Shown here: piece after piece, positions 17,522-28,395 of the stretch
Layout of the letters: every line of letters begins with the position of its first letter
How positions within the stretch are numbered: position 1 is the stretch's first letter
DNA from: an uncultured virus (IMG/VR IMGVR_UViG_3300025132_000024)
Lineage: Duplodnaviria; Heunggongvirae; Uroviricota; Caudoviricetes
Direction: 5' to 3' (one strand)
Length of the DNA: 64,000 nucleotides
IMG/VR virus record: IMGVR_UViG_3300025132_000024
The notes under the pieces: model-generated
What the model was told of the DNA's origin: nothing
What the model saw: only the letters and a program-made list of their open reading frames with translations
The model's database searches: none
Translations under genes and position numbers: made by a program

Positions 17522-20343
17522 TGGCAGAAAATAGATTTTTAAATAGAGGCAACGAAGGTATTCAAGCGACTGAAGAAAATTTGCATTCATTATTACTTAA
17601 TGTAATGAAAGAAGAATTTCCGGAAGATGAAAATTACTTAAATGGAAAAACATTAGTTTCTCATACAGCTGATGAGCCATCTAACGCAGCATTAGTATCG
17701 CCCGATGATTTAAAATTATCTAATAGAGGAAAAAATAAAGTTGTATCATTAAATGCCGATAATCCAGAATATTCAAAATATAAATTAGATAAAATGTTAC
17801 CGTCGCTAGGTACAGAAGATTTAGATGAAATATTAGATGATGAGTGGGACTTTTATGTAGATCCAACATCTTTATCTGCACCTAGAGTAGATGGATTGTT
17901 TTTAATTAACAAAGAAATAAGTTTAAATCCACCAGACTTTCATAATGAATATATTAAAAGAGGTCCTGCTACAATACAAGAACGTATTGATGCTGGAATA
18001 GATTTAGATACTGTTATTAAAACTACATTTTGTGTGTTTTTTATACAGAATAGTACAGCACTTCCAATACCAAATTATAAGACATTAGAAGTAATGTTAG
18101 TAGAAAGAGATAAAACTTACAGTGATATAAATGAGGCAACGATAGAACAGGTTAGAGATTTCGATATGCAATTAGATGGCAAGTACGAAGGCGATGTAGA
18201 TAGAGATGTCGATCCTGTAGAAGAATTTAGATTTAGACAAGTATTAGATAGATCAGTATCATGGAATCCTAGAGTAAGATTTGATAGTGGATATGCGCCT
18301 GGCCAGGATGAGAATGCTGTGCAGTTCGAACGAGATCCAGGAGATTACTTGCTAATTCCAGGTAAAAGATTAAATGGATTTTATGATAATTTAGTTTATC
18401 AAAAACAAACTTATAGAGAAAAATTAAGAGAAAAATTTGAAGGAAAAATGATCGCCTTGCAATGGCCTATACCATACGATGATGCAATAGTGGATCAGGA
18501 TCCGGGTATAAGATCTGATGATAAAGTATTTTTATTACGAATGATGATTAACGGTTATTGGAAACAGGTTATAGCAACAAATGTTCTAAGGCAATATGCA
18601 TTAGTAAATAATTTTGATGTATCCGGTATCGATTTCACAGAAGATCCTGCAGCATTTGATTCTGTTATAACAGGAAATTTTCAAAGTGGCTATTTAACAG
18701 CTGGATTATATGGAGATAGAGGATTAACTAATGTGTTGATTCAAAATGGAGGTATGACTGTATTTCAAGATGAAAATATTACACAATCAGATATTGACCA
18801 GATTACGCAAGGTGTTAGAACATTTTTAAGTATAATTAATCCTAATGATCCTTTATATGATATATTAGTAAATTATATTCAAGGCGTAGCAGCTGAAAAT
18901 AAATCTCCAGGCTGGAGTGATTTTGCACATATAGCAGAAGTTGATAGATTGGATTCGGCCGAATATGAGGAATATTTAGATAACTATAGCAATGGGGGCA
19001 ATTCATTTGATATAGAACATTTACAGCCATATGAGCCACCCGGATCGATAGCATATTATCCATCTGACCAATTGATAAGACTACAAGTACAAGCAAATGC
19101 ACAAGCTCAAATTGATGCGATCAAAAAACAAATAATGGAAACATTGCCCCAGTTGTCAGCGAGAGCAGCAGAATTAGATCAACGATTTAACGCACAGCCA
19201 GCTAACTACATTAGTTATGCTTTAGAAAATTTAGGACCGAATAGTGATATATACAAAGTAATGTTTTCTAATGATAAATTTAAGTATATAAAAAAGAAAA
19301 TAAGAAACAGATTCAAACAAAAAAATAGCGATTCGCAGTTTATGAGATTAGTAGAAAAGGCAGATAGAGTATTTTTGTTTATGAATAAACGTAAAGAAGA
19401 TGAAATATTTTATAAACCTGGTACGCGAGATTTTACATTATTAGTAGAACAAGGAGATTCGTTATTAGATACTTTAGATGGATATGTATTTGGGATCAAA
19501 CGATTATTTACAGAAGATACTATACAAGCAATTGGACAAAGGACATTAGGACAGGCAATTGGAAGTGCTGCAGCTATAGGAGGTGGAGCAACTGCGGCAA
19601 CTGCCGCCGGCGGCGCAGCTGCGTTTGCTATTGCGGCCGGTAGTACTGCGGCTTTAGGTGCCGGAGTTGTGATTGCTGCTCCCTTCATTGCCGGTGCTGG
19701 TATTTTAGCAGGAGCAGCCGTTGCAACTACAGCTGCATTTGATGTAGATATAACACCGCCTGGTCAGGATGATAGAAAAGGATTACCTAGAAATTTTGCA
19801 GGTACAAGACAAAAACGATTAGTAAAAAGAGGAGCATACATTAAATTAATTATTGGATCATATATTTATGATACATTTGTAAAAAAAGATGTATCAGGAC
19901 TTACTGTGCCTAACGATGCAGGAGGAGAAACTCCTGTAGATCTTTTTGATTATGCGGCTTATATTGATGGCTCGTTTATAAATTACAGAACTTTAATTGA
20001 CAATGCGCTAGATGATATAAATGTTATAGATGAAAGAGTAATTAATTCAAATACATTATCTCAATTTCAAGCTATATATGATGATTTAGTTAAAATTGAA
20101 ACAGATTTTGATAGTATAGATTTAGATTTATTTGTCAAAGGAGAGGAACTTAAAACTAAGATTGATGAAGCAGTTAAATATATGATTGGACAGCAATATT
20201 CTGCAATACAGTATGTGAGAAAATCATTAAATGATCGAAATAGAAAATATTTTATTGTTTGGCCAGCAGATGCTAAAGCGGCTGTAGAAAATTATTTTCC
20301 GGGAAAAACATTTGATAATTACCAAGATAAAGATTATACATAA
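17521..20343 (+). CDS. large hypothetical virion protein with Ala/Gly hydrophobic segment
   Basis: 940-aa ORF in the baseplate operon; about 65-aa Ala/Gly stretch near 19549-19740. Confidence 0.75.
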   Translation: MAENRFLNRGNEGIQATEENLHSLLLNVMKEEFPEDENYLNGKTLVSHTADEPSNAALVSPDDLKLSNRGKNKVVSLNADNPEYSKYKLDKMLPSLGTEDLDEILDDEWDFYVDPTSLSAPRVDGLFLINKEISLNPPDFHNEYIKRGPATIQERIDAGIDLDTVIKTTFCVFFIQNSTALPIPNYKTLEVMLVERDKTYSDINEATIEQVRDFDMQLDGKYEGDVDRDVDPVEEFRFRQVLDRSVSWNPRVRFDSGYAPGQDENAVQFERDPGDYLLIPGKRLNGFYDNLVYQKQTYREKLREKFEGKMIALQWPIPYDDAIVDQDPGIRSDDKVFLLRMMINGYWKQVIATNVLRQYALVNNFDVSGIDFTEDPAAFDSVITGNFQSGYLTAGLYGDRGLTNVLIQNGGMTVFQDENITQSDIDQITQGVRTFLSIINPNDPLYDILVNYIQGVAAENKSPGWSDFAHIAEVDRLDSAEYEEYLDNYSNGGNSFDIEHLQPYEPPGSIAYYPSDQLIRLQVQANAQAQIDAIKKQIMETLPQLSARAAELDQRFNAQPANYISYALENLGPNSDIYKVMFSNDKFKYIKKKIRNRFKQKNSDSQFMRLVEKADRVFLFMNKRKEDEIFYKPGTRDFTLLVEQGDSLLDTLDGYVFGIKRLFTEDTIQAIGQRTLGQAIGSAAAIGGGATAATAAGGAAAFAIAAGSTAALGAGVVIAAPFIAGAGILAGAAVATTAAFDVDITPPGQDDRKGLPRNFAGTRQKRLVKRGAYIKLIIGSYIYDTFVKKDVSGLTVPNDAGGETPVDLFDYAAYIDGSFINYRTLIDNALDDINVIDERVINSNTLSQFQAIYDDLVKIETDFDSIDLDLFVKGEELKTKIDEAVKYMIGQQYSAIQYVRKSLNDRNRKYFIVWPADAKAAVENYFPGKTFDNYQDKDYT

Positions 20344-20345
20344 TA

Positions 20346-23300
20346 ATGTCATTAGATAGATACACAAATAGTGAAGAAATATTAGATAATAAAGGATTAC
20401 GTACTGGCATAGTATGGAAAGAAGATACTTTAAAGTTTTTAAATCTAAAACAATTATCGACCATACCAAATGCCAATCCACGCGTGGAAATGCATTTATA
20501 TGCCCCTACTACAAATGAACTTTTAACTAGTGTAGATGTTACTAATTTTATACAAGATAAAGATTGTGTTTATATAGACTTTGTAACAGAACTAAATAAC
20601 ATTAATATTCAACGAGGTTTATTTAATATAGTAATTAATGTCTATAAACCATTGATAGGCGTTTCAGAATTACCATCCGTAGTTGTAAAAGAAATATCGC
20701 CAGACAGAAGAGAATTACAAGTAGTATTGCGTCCAGATATCGAAGAAGTTGATCAGAATGCTAGAAAAGCAATATTAACTAATTACATGGAAGAATATGC
20801 ATCAGCATTTGATGCTGATATAGCATTAAATTTTGGCAAAAATAAAATTTATAAAATTATTAATCAAAAAGAATGGATTAATGAAGATGATTTAGTTATA
20901 AGATTATTAGATCCATTAGAAGATGATATACAATTAAATGATACATGTTGGATAATTGAACAATATTGTGATTCAATTATTGATAGTATTAATATAAATA
21001 GAGTACCACAACCACCTGCGCCAAATCTTTTAAGGGGACCTAATTTTGAAGTTGAAGCAGAATATAATACAATAACAGAAACTAATTTTAAATCTTGGAA
21101 TGATTTATTAGATGCTAATACAACCACAACACAACAAATAGTTGATTCATATTTTTCAGGTTCTTTATCGGGCATAAATTTAGGAATTGATTATACTGGA
21201 TTTCAAAATTTTATTAATTATTCATCGGCGTTCGAACGAGTTTCTAATTTTAAATACAAATTAGAATTAATGGAATATTATGATTCGCAGTTAAACATTT
21301 TACAAAATGCTAGTGGATCTGATACTGGTACATTGCAAGGAAATATTAGTAAATTTACAAGCAGAAAAAATCAAATAATAGGAAAATTTGATGCATTTGA
21401 AAAATATCTTTATTATGAGCCTACTGGTAGTTTAACTACACATGGTATTGACGGAGGATATATAGGAGCTCAGCATTATAAAATTATGCCATGGCCGAAA
21501 TATTTACACGACGGTAAATATAAAGTTCATCAGACTACAGGATCTTTATCTACTAGTTGGTTTGAAGGAGTGAGTGCAACAGCTTCAAAATATGACGAAC
21601 AAAATGAATCAGCATTAATTAAATCGATACCTGAACATATCAGATTAGATGCAAATAATTCTGAATATGATTTGTTTGTAAATATGATAGGACAACATTT
21701 TGATATATTATGGACATATGTAGATGCATTAACAAGAACATATAAATTAGAAGAGCAGCCTAAACTATCAATTGATAAAAGTATTTTACCTAACATAGCA
21801 AATTCATTAGGCTGGGAGTTAGCAAATGGCAAGCAAGCAACTCAGTTATGGCAATATAAATTAGGAACCAATAGTGTTGGATTATATGCTCAATCTGGTA
21901 GTATATTTTCTAATTCAGACGAAGAAATAACACATGAAGTATGGAGACGTATAGTTAATAATCTACCTTACTTATTAAAAACTAAAGGTACTACAAGATC
22001 TATTAAAGCCTTAATGAATATGTATGGCATACCTCAAACATTATTAAGTATACGTGAATATGGAGGACCTAAGACTTCAGAAGAAACGCCGGCGTTGATA
22101 GAAGATAGATTTTCATATGCTATACAATTTAACTCTGGATCTAATATAAATTATTCGTCTAATCATATAAGCTCTAGTATAGGGGATTGGGGTATTGAAA
22201 AAGGAGTCATACCACCTATTACAAGAGAATTTAGATTTAAGCCATACGCAAAAGAGAATATGATGTTATATTCTCAAAATGCTTCCGGTAATGGGACACC
22301 TCAAGCAGTAATAGCAGTTCAATATACTGCATCATATTCTGGCAGTGCTGATTTTGGTAGGCTAGTACTTTCATTAGGAAAGGCAGTTGGCACAAATACT
22401 CCAATGACAGCCTCTACAGACTGGGTTCCTATTTTTAATGGTCAATATTGGAACGTAAAATATGATTATACTACAACCGGAAATCATTTCAATTCAGGAT
22501 CTAATACAGATACAACTTATAATGTAACGGTTCAAAATGCATCTGATTTTATTTTTGGTAATATTAATTATTCATCAAGTTTATCTGTAACTCCTACATT
22601 TAGTAGTCATTTTCAAGCTTGGTCAGAGCCAACTACTAATACTTCAAGAAATATAGTACATATAGGAGCAAGAACAGCATCTGTAGATACGCATAATGTT
22701 TATGCATATTTAACCAATTTCTTAGGAGCACAAGCTGATACATTTTCTGGATCCATGCAAGAGTATAGAGAATGGTTAGAATTTATAGACCAAAAAACTT
22801 TTGATGAGCATACATTTAATCCAACGTCATATGTTAGTGCACTAAATCCATCAAGTTCATATGATACATTAGTAAGACAATATACATTAGGATCTAATAC
22901 TATCGGTTTTGATTTAAGTTCTAATGAAACTATAATATCTTCTAGTCATCCTAATCAAACAATAAAAGATTTTAATGGAAGTATACCGTTCTCAACAAAT
23001 GCTACAACAATAGGATTCAATACTCCATTAAATAATGCTAGAGGTAATTTTATACCAGTTGAAGAAACTTATTTTATTCAAGGTGTATCAAGTGGTATGA
23101 ATAGTGCCAAATCACAAAAAATAAGATTTGATGATAATACATTAGTAAGAACATTATCGCCGACATCTACCGGAGAACGTTCTAAATTTGATTATGCATC
23201 TTTAGATTCAAATAAAGTTGGTTTATTTTATAGTTTTGCTGATCAAATAAATAAAGATATGTTTAATCAGATTGGCGATGTAGAATTAGACGATTACATA

Positions 23301-24116
23301 GGTGATCCGGATGATATGACAGCAAATGAGTATCCATTATTAAAACAATTTTCACAAAAATATTTTAAGAAGTTTACAAATACTAGTGATGTTAATTCAT
23401 ACATAAGAATATTTAGTCAGTATGATTTTGCATTATTCCATCAAATAAAACAATTATTAGCAGAAAGAATAGATGAAGCGACAGGATTATTAATTGAGCC
23501 ACATGCATTAGAAAGATCTAAACAAATTATAGCAAAAAAGCCGTCGGTATCTAAGCCTATGTATAATATGCATGTTCCAGAACCATCACCTACTAGTAGT
23601 GCTATATACGGTCCTCAGTTTGAATCATTAATTAATAAACCATTAAGTTTAGCTTCTAGTTCAGTTGAGACAAATTTACTTTTTGAAGTAAATACTAAAC
23701 AAGAAGAAGCGTTAATGACATTAAATGAAATAGTTGCTGATATAGCAAGACCTAGTAGTATTTTTAAAGAAGTAGTGTTACACTATAGTGGTTCGGTGCG
23801 TGAAGGATTGAGAGGAGATAAAGTCAAAGTTAATCAAGCACATGCTATAAGTGAATCGTTAGGATTATTTTATAGTAGAAGTTTAAAAGAGGCGCCTTAC
23901 ATGGATGACTTTTTTACAAAAGAACAATCTATAAAATACTTAGGTACACAATTAGTGGGTCCTGGCATTAATGAGCCTACAAAAATAGAAGCTTTAGAAA
24001 ACAAGCCGGTAGTAGAAATATTTGAAACTAACCCTAATCAATTAATTTATTCTAGACAGCCTAAAGCTCCTCGAGGATCTAATAAAATAATTCCAGGTAA
24101 TTTAATAGTTGAATAA
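20346..24116 (+). CDS. large baseplate wedge-like structural protein (gp7-like)
   Basis: MIGQHFD, SLGW and LKTKGTTRSIKALMNMYG resemble wedge/tail-I-type motifs; module position. Confidence 0.6.
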   Translation: MSLDRYTNSEEILDNKGLRTGIVWKEDTLKFLNLKQLSTIPNANPRVEMHLYAPTTNELLTSVDVTNFIQDKDCVYIDFVTELNNINIQRGLFNIVINVYKPLIGVSELPSVVVKEISPDRRELQVVLRPDIEEVDQNARKAILTNYMEEYASAFDADIALNFGKNKIYKIINQKEWINEDDLVIRLLDPLEDDIQLNDTCWIIEQYCDSIIDSININRVPQPPAPNLLRGPNFEVEAEYNTITETNFKSWNDLLDANTTTTQQIVDSYFSGSLSGINLGIDYTGFQNFINYSSAFERVSNFKYKLELMEYYDSQLNILQNASGSDTGTLQGNISKFTSRKNQIIGKFDAFEKYLYYEPTGSLTTHGIDGGYIGAQHYKIMPWPKYLHDGKYKVHQTTGSLSTSWFEGVSATASKYDEQNESALIKSIPEHIRLDANNSEYDLFVNMIGQHFDILWTYVDALTRTYKLEEQPKLSIDKSILPNIANSLGWELANGKQATQLWQYKLGTNSVGLYAQSGSIFSNSDEEITHEVWRRIVNNLPYLLKTKGTTRSIKALMNMYGIPQTLLSIREYGGPKTSEETPALIEDRFSYAIQFNSGSNINYSSNHISSSIGDWGIEKGVIPPITREFRFKPYAKENMMLYSQNASGNGTPQAVIAVQYTASYSGSADFGRLVLSLGKAVGTNTPMTASTDWVPIFNGQYWNVKYDYTTTGNHFNSGSNTDTTYNVTVQNASDFIFGNINYSSSLSVTPTFSSHFQAWSEPTTNTSRNIVHIGARTASVDTHNVYAYLTNFLGAQADTFSGSMQEYREWLEFIDQKTFDEHTFNPTSYVSALNPSSSYDTLVRQYTLGSNTIGFDLSSNETIISSSHPNQTIKDFNGSIPFSTNATTIGFNTPLNNARGNFIPVEETYFIQGVSSGMNSAKSQKIRFDDNTLVRTLSPTSTGERSKFDYASLDSNKVGLFYSFADQINKDMFNQIGDVELDDYIGDPDDMTANEYPLLKQFSQKYFKKFTNTSDVNSYIRIFSQYDFALFHQIKQLLAERIDEATGLLIEPHALERSKQIIAKKPSVSKPMYNMHVPEPSPTSSAIYGPQFESLINKPLSLASSSVETNLLFEVNTKQEEALMTLNEIVADIARPSSIFKEVVLHYSGSVREGLRGDKVKVNQAHAISESLGLFYSRSLKEAPYMDDFFTKEQSIKYLGTQLVGPGINEPTKIEALENKPVVEIFETNPNQLIYSRQPKAPRGSNKIIPGNLIVE

Positions 24117-24157
24117 TTATGATTAGTACATATTTATTAAAAAAAGTGGAGTAAACA

Positions 24158-24847
24158 ATGGGATACTTAGATAATAGTACAATTACTGTTGACGCAATTC
24201 TCACAAAAAAAGGAAGAGAATTATTAGCAAGAGGCAGAAATGAATTTCAAATAACTCAATTTGCATTAGCTGATGATGAGATTGATTATGATCTATATAA
24301 TACAGAACATCCATTAGGGACAGCATTTTATGGAGCAGCCATAGAAAATATGCCTATAACCGAAGCGTTACCTGATGAAACTCAAATGATGAAATATAAA
24401 TTAGTTACATTATCTCCTGGAACAGCAAGGATTCCAGTAGTAACTATACCCGGTGTTAATACCAATTCAGAAATACAATCTGGAGCGGTTATTAACTTTA
24501 CGCCACAGACACAAAATTTTAATGCAGGTAATGCACAATTTGGATATACAGCAATCTTATCAGATTCTTCAGTTGGATCATTAGTTGCAACACAAACAGC
24601 GCCTCAACAAATGGCAGCAAGTGTTCCTCAATTTATAGGTGATTCAGAAGCTGCTCAAAGCGTTACTGTTTCTGGAATGGCTTTCCAATTTACAGGAGGG
24701 AATCAATTAGTAACAGATAAATCTGCAACAATATTAATTATAGGTAATGAAACTGGTGGTAGAGCATCATTTAATGTAACTGTTAAAAAATTACAATTAG
24801 CAGTAACACCTAGTGCTCCTGTAAGTCAAAATACTAGTACTTATTAA
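24158..24847 (+). CDS. virion structural protein
   Basis: MGYLDNSTITVDAILTKKGRELLA...ITQFALADDEIDY; late box 24130-24137; GGAG SD. Confidence 0.7.
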   Translation: MGYLDNSTITVDAILTKKGRELLARGRNEFQITQFALADDEIDYDLYNTEHPLGTAFYGAAIENMPITEALPDETQMMKYKLVTLSPGTARIPVVTIPGVNTNSEIQSGAVINFTPQTQNFNAGNAQFGYTAILSDSSVGSLVATQTAPQQMAASVPQFIGDSEAAQSVTVSGMAFQFTGGNQLVTDKSATILIIGNETGGRASFNVTVKKLQLAVTPSAPVSQNTSTY

Positions 24848-24861
24848 AAAGGTAAATAAAA

Positions 24862-26076
24862 ATGGCAACATATGGTAATATTTCAAATCCGCAATCAACC
24901 GTCAATGCATTAGTTCAAAGAGGCCAAAATGCGGCATCTGCTCAATTACAGCAATTAGCAAGACAATTAGCTAATCAAATAGTAGCTGAAAGAGATGCGC
25001 AAAAAGCATCTGCTAAAACTGGTAGAGTATATACAATGTTTGATCCATCGGATGATATTTTATCAAATAATGTTGCTACTGTAACAACTGGTTTATTTTC
25101 TGGTAATACCGGAAGTTTAATTGCAATGGTATCTGCTTCAGGACAAACAGCAGCACAAGCAAGTTATTTTAGAACTATTAATGATATTAATGGAATATCA
25201 CAATTTTCTATAGCATATGGCAACTTCAATGGATCTGGTTCGAGAGATACAACAGGAAATTTAAATAACGATACTCCATCTAGAGCTATTTATAAACAAT
25301 ATGCACAATTATTATTAGCACCTAATGATTTAAAATTTACAATAGGCGGAGCTGATACTGATAGTATTTATGTAATGAATTTTAATAGAGCAAGATTTAA
25401 AGAAAAATTAGATCCAGGAAATGTTGAAATTAATTTGAGACATTTAAATAAGATTGCATCGGGAATACCTACCGGTGGAGAAGTTTTATCATTAATAGAT
25501 GATTCGTCATTGACTTCTGGTACTGTTGGAGAGAGTGGTAGAATTTATAATATATTATCTGGATCAATTGATGGTACTGGTACTAACATATTTAGTAATA
25601 CAAATGATCATAAATATGGATTATTATATCCAGAATATGGTATAGTAGTATTAGATGGTGATAAATTAGATCTAACTGGTACTAGAGGAGCAGATTTTGG
25701 TACTCAACAATCTTCATCAATAGATGGAAAAAATATTGAAAGATTATATAATGCTTTATCTGGATCCCATTCTGCGCCGTTAGCCGCGTCTAGAACATAT
25801 GGTGTTCAGGCAAGATCATCTGAACAAGTAAAATCTTCTTATTATTTTGTAAGAGTTAAAAACGGAGAGTATAATTATTCAAATAATCCATCATATGTTA
25901 CAGGATCGCTAGGAGAATTAAAATATACAACATTTATAGAAAATCCTACAAGTTATATCACTACAGTTGGTTTATATAATGATAATAGAGAATTGTTAGC
26001 AGTAGCAAAATTAAGTCAGCCGTTGTTAAAAGATAAAACAAAAGAAGTACTTGTAAAAGTAAAATTAGATTTTTAA
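24862..26076 (+). CDS. virion structural protein (tail-collar/baseplate-like C-terminus)
   Basis: C-terminal YITTVGLYNDNRELLAVAKLSQP. Confidence 0.65.
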   Translation: MATYGNISNPQSTVNALVQRGQNAASAQLQQLARQLANQIVAERDAQKASAKTGRVYTMFDPSDDILSNNVATVTTGLFSGNTGSLIAMVSASGQTAAQASYFRTINDINGISQFSIAYGNFNGSGSRDTTGNLNNDTPSRAIYKQYAQLLLAPNDLKFTIGGADTDSIYVMNFNRARFKEKLDPGNVEINLRHLNKIASGIPTGGEVLSLIDDSSLTSGTVGESGRIYNILSGSIDGTGTNIFSNTNDHKYGLLYPEYGIVVLDGDKLDLTGTRGADFGTQQSSSIDGKNIERLYNALSGSHSAPLAASRTYGVQARSSEQVKSSYYFVRVKNGEYNYSNNPSYVTGSLGELKYTTFIENPTSYITTVGLYNDNRELLAVAKLSQPLLKDKTKEVLVKVKLDF

Positions 26077-26088
26077 GGGCAAAATGAT

Positions 26089-27849
26089 ATGCCAACTTTA
26101 CCTACAGTCTTTAGAAGTATTCGTAAAAACGATGTTACTCATAAACCTTTCAAAGCATATAAACATTATAAAATAAATAATTCGTCTTATGAAGGCGCTG
26201 GTTATAGATTACAAAAAGCATACCATCTCGGACTATCACAAACTTTAGGTGATACATCGACATTCTATGAAACAAATAATAGCTTCAATTCTATCAATAA
26301 TATGCATGTTGTATGGAATAGTTTAGATCATAAATATTATAGATATCCATATGACCCTGCTAGATCTTTAGAATTAACAGATATATCAAAAAATTCAAAA
26401 AATTTATTTGTCTCGGCATCTACTATTGCAATGCCATATGGCACTGTAGGAGAAAAAATAAAACCAGGATCATTAAGTATAGTTAGTACAGTAGAAAAAT
26501 TTGAAAATTTAGATAATTTTTCAATTTCATTATATGATGATAAAAATGGCAATTTAAAAGATTCATTAATAGATAGTGCGTCGTTTGCAAAAAAAGAAAA
26601 TTGTAAATTTTATTTATCTTTCAATCAATGTTACAGGCACTTAGCATTAAATGTTGGAATAATAGATAGCAAAAATATATCATGCAAAATTGATTCAATG
26701 AATGATACAGCTTTATTCAAAAATATTTTTATAAAATCTGGAGTCCAAACTCATGCCGGCGGATCAGATTATTTTTCTTCTGGATTAGCTGGACGGTTTA
26801 CTACTAGTAGTGCAAGTTATATAAAAATAGAAGATAATAAAATATTTAACAACTTCAATCGATGTGATGAATGGGCATTTTCTTTTTGGATTAAACCTGA
26901 TTCTGTAACACATACTGGAACTATTTTATCTAAGGGAGAAGTATTTCGTAGAACATATTATGATAAAAAACAAGATATGTTAAAAACGGAAGATTTTATT
27001 AATGAAATGCCTACTCCTGGTACTGGAAATTTTAATACTTTTAAAACTCCATTTCAGTTTGCATTACACGACGAACATATACATTTTCAATGTAGTGATG
27101 GATCAAACGAATTTCATATATCAGCGAGCGCGCAATATAGAAATGATTGGATGCATGTCGCATTAACTAATGATTCGGCCTCTATATGTAGATTTTATAT
27201 TAATGGATTAGAATCAGGCCAATCCGGATCATTGCCAAAAAATACTACAGGTAATACAGCATATACGTTTATAGGATCAAAAGGCGAAACTTCATCAAGT
27301 GCATTTTTAGGAGATATAGCAGAAATAAGAATGTATGATTATAATCTTTCAAATGCTTCAATAGTATCATTATCAAATCAAAATTTTTATTCAGGATCTT
27401 TATATCAAAGTAGTATACCAGGTAATACATTTTATAGAAATGGACAAATAGTTATTTCATCGCCATTAAAAAAATATGATAATATTTTTGTCAGTAGTTC
27501 TAATTTATCGGCAGGCAATTTTAATATTAATTATAGAGGTACTCATACTATATATGAAAATGAAGTGATGGTGCGTGTGCCTAAAGATGCTGGCAATGTA
27601 TCAGTTAATCCTTCTTCTACATATAATCCACCTACGGGATATGACAATACTTGTACAGATGCTGAAAAATATAATGGTCCCGGTCAATACAGAAAAACAA
27701 TGTTTTTATCTGGATCTGCATTTCCTTATATTACCACAATAGGATTATATGACGATAAAGCAAGACTATTAGCAGTAGGTAAATTGGCAGAGCCGGTACA
27801 AAAAAGAAATGATATTGATATGAATTTTGTTGTTCGTTGGGACTACTAA
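26089..27849 (+). CDS. LamG/concanavalin-like domain structural protein
   Basis: AFSFWIKP, WMHVALT, FYING, FIGS, F.GDIAEIRMYDYNLS (LamG-like); C-terminus paralogous to the previous gene. Confidence 0.75.
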   Translation: MPTLPTVFRSIRKNDVTHKPFKAYKHYKINNSSYEGAGYRLQKAYHLGLSQTLGDTSTFYETNNSFNSINNMHVVWNSLDHKYYRYPYDPARSLELTDISKNSKNLFVSASTIAMPYGTVGEKIKPGSLSIVSTVEKFENLDNFSISLYDDKNGNLKDSLIDSASFAKKENCKFYLSFNQCYRHLALNVGIIDSKNISCKIDSMNDTALFKNIFIKSGVQTHAGGSDYFSSGLAGRFTTSSASYIKIEDNKIFNNFNRCDEWAFSFWIKPDSVTHTGTILSKGEVFRRTYYDKKQDMLKTEDFINEMPTPGTGNFNTFKTPFQFALHDEHIHFQCSDGSNEFHISASAQYRNDWMHVALTNDSASICRFYINGLESGQSGSLPKNTTGNTAYTFIGSKGETSSSAFLGDIAEIRMYDYNLSNASIVSLSNQNFYSGSLYQSSIPGNTFYRNGQIVISSPLKKYDNIFVSSSNLSAGNFNINYRGTHTIYENEVMVRVPKDAGNVSVNPSSTYNPPTGYDNTCTDAEKYNGPGQYRKTMFLSGSAFPYITTIGLYDDKARLLAVGKLAEPVQKRNDIDMNFVVRWDY

Positions 27850-27869
27850 TATTTATATAAAAGGTTATA

Positions 27870-28277
27870 ATGAGTTGGAGATCAAAATCTAAAGTACGTA
27901 AAAACGCAATTAAGCATGGTTATAGATCTGGATTTGAACATAAAGTTGCAGATCAGTTAAAAGAATCAAAAACAAAATTTGAATACGAAACAACAGTTAT
28001 AAATTACATTAGGCCAGAAACTAAACATACTTATACTATTGACTTTACTTTACCAAATGGTATATTAGTAGAAACAAAAGGTAGATGGGTAATAGAAGAT
28101 CGTAAAAAACATTTATTAATTAAGAAGCAACATCCTGAATTAGATATTAGAATTGTATTTCAAAATGCAAAAACTAAAATTAGAAAAGGCTCCAAGACAA
28201 CATATGGAGATTATTGTGATAAACACGGTATATTATGGGCAGAAAAAAATGTTCCAGAAAGTTGGTTAAAGGCTTGA
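27870..28277 (+). CDS. T7 endonuclease I-like Holliday junction resolvase
   Basis: GYRSGFE, YT.DFTLPNGILVETKGRW..EDRKKHLLIK.QHPELDIRIVFQ, TTYGDYCDKHG. Confidence 0.92.
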   Translation: MSWRSKSKVRKNAIKHGYRSGFEHKVADQLKESKTKFEYETTVINYIRPETKHTYTIDFTLPNGILVETKGRWVIEDRKKHLLIKKQHPELDIRIVFQNAKTKIRKGSKTTYGDYCDKHGILWAEKNVPESWLKA

Positions 28278-28304
28278 TTCTTTGAAAAAAATTTATTATA
28301 TTCA
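28273..28304 (+). promoter_or_regulatory. Bacteroidetes-type promoter variant
   Basis: CTTG (28273)-N20-TATATTCA (28297), upstream of primase. Confidence 0.5.
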
Positions 28305-28395
28305 AGTAATTATAAATTTTTATTGATATAATTTATTATTGAAATAAAACATTGACATGTTAAATGTTAATGCTAATATTAATATTATATAATAT

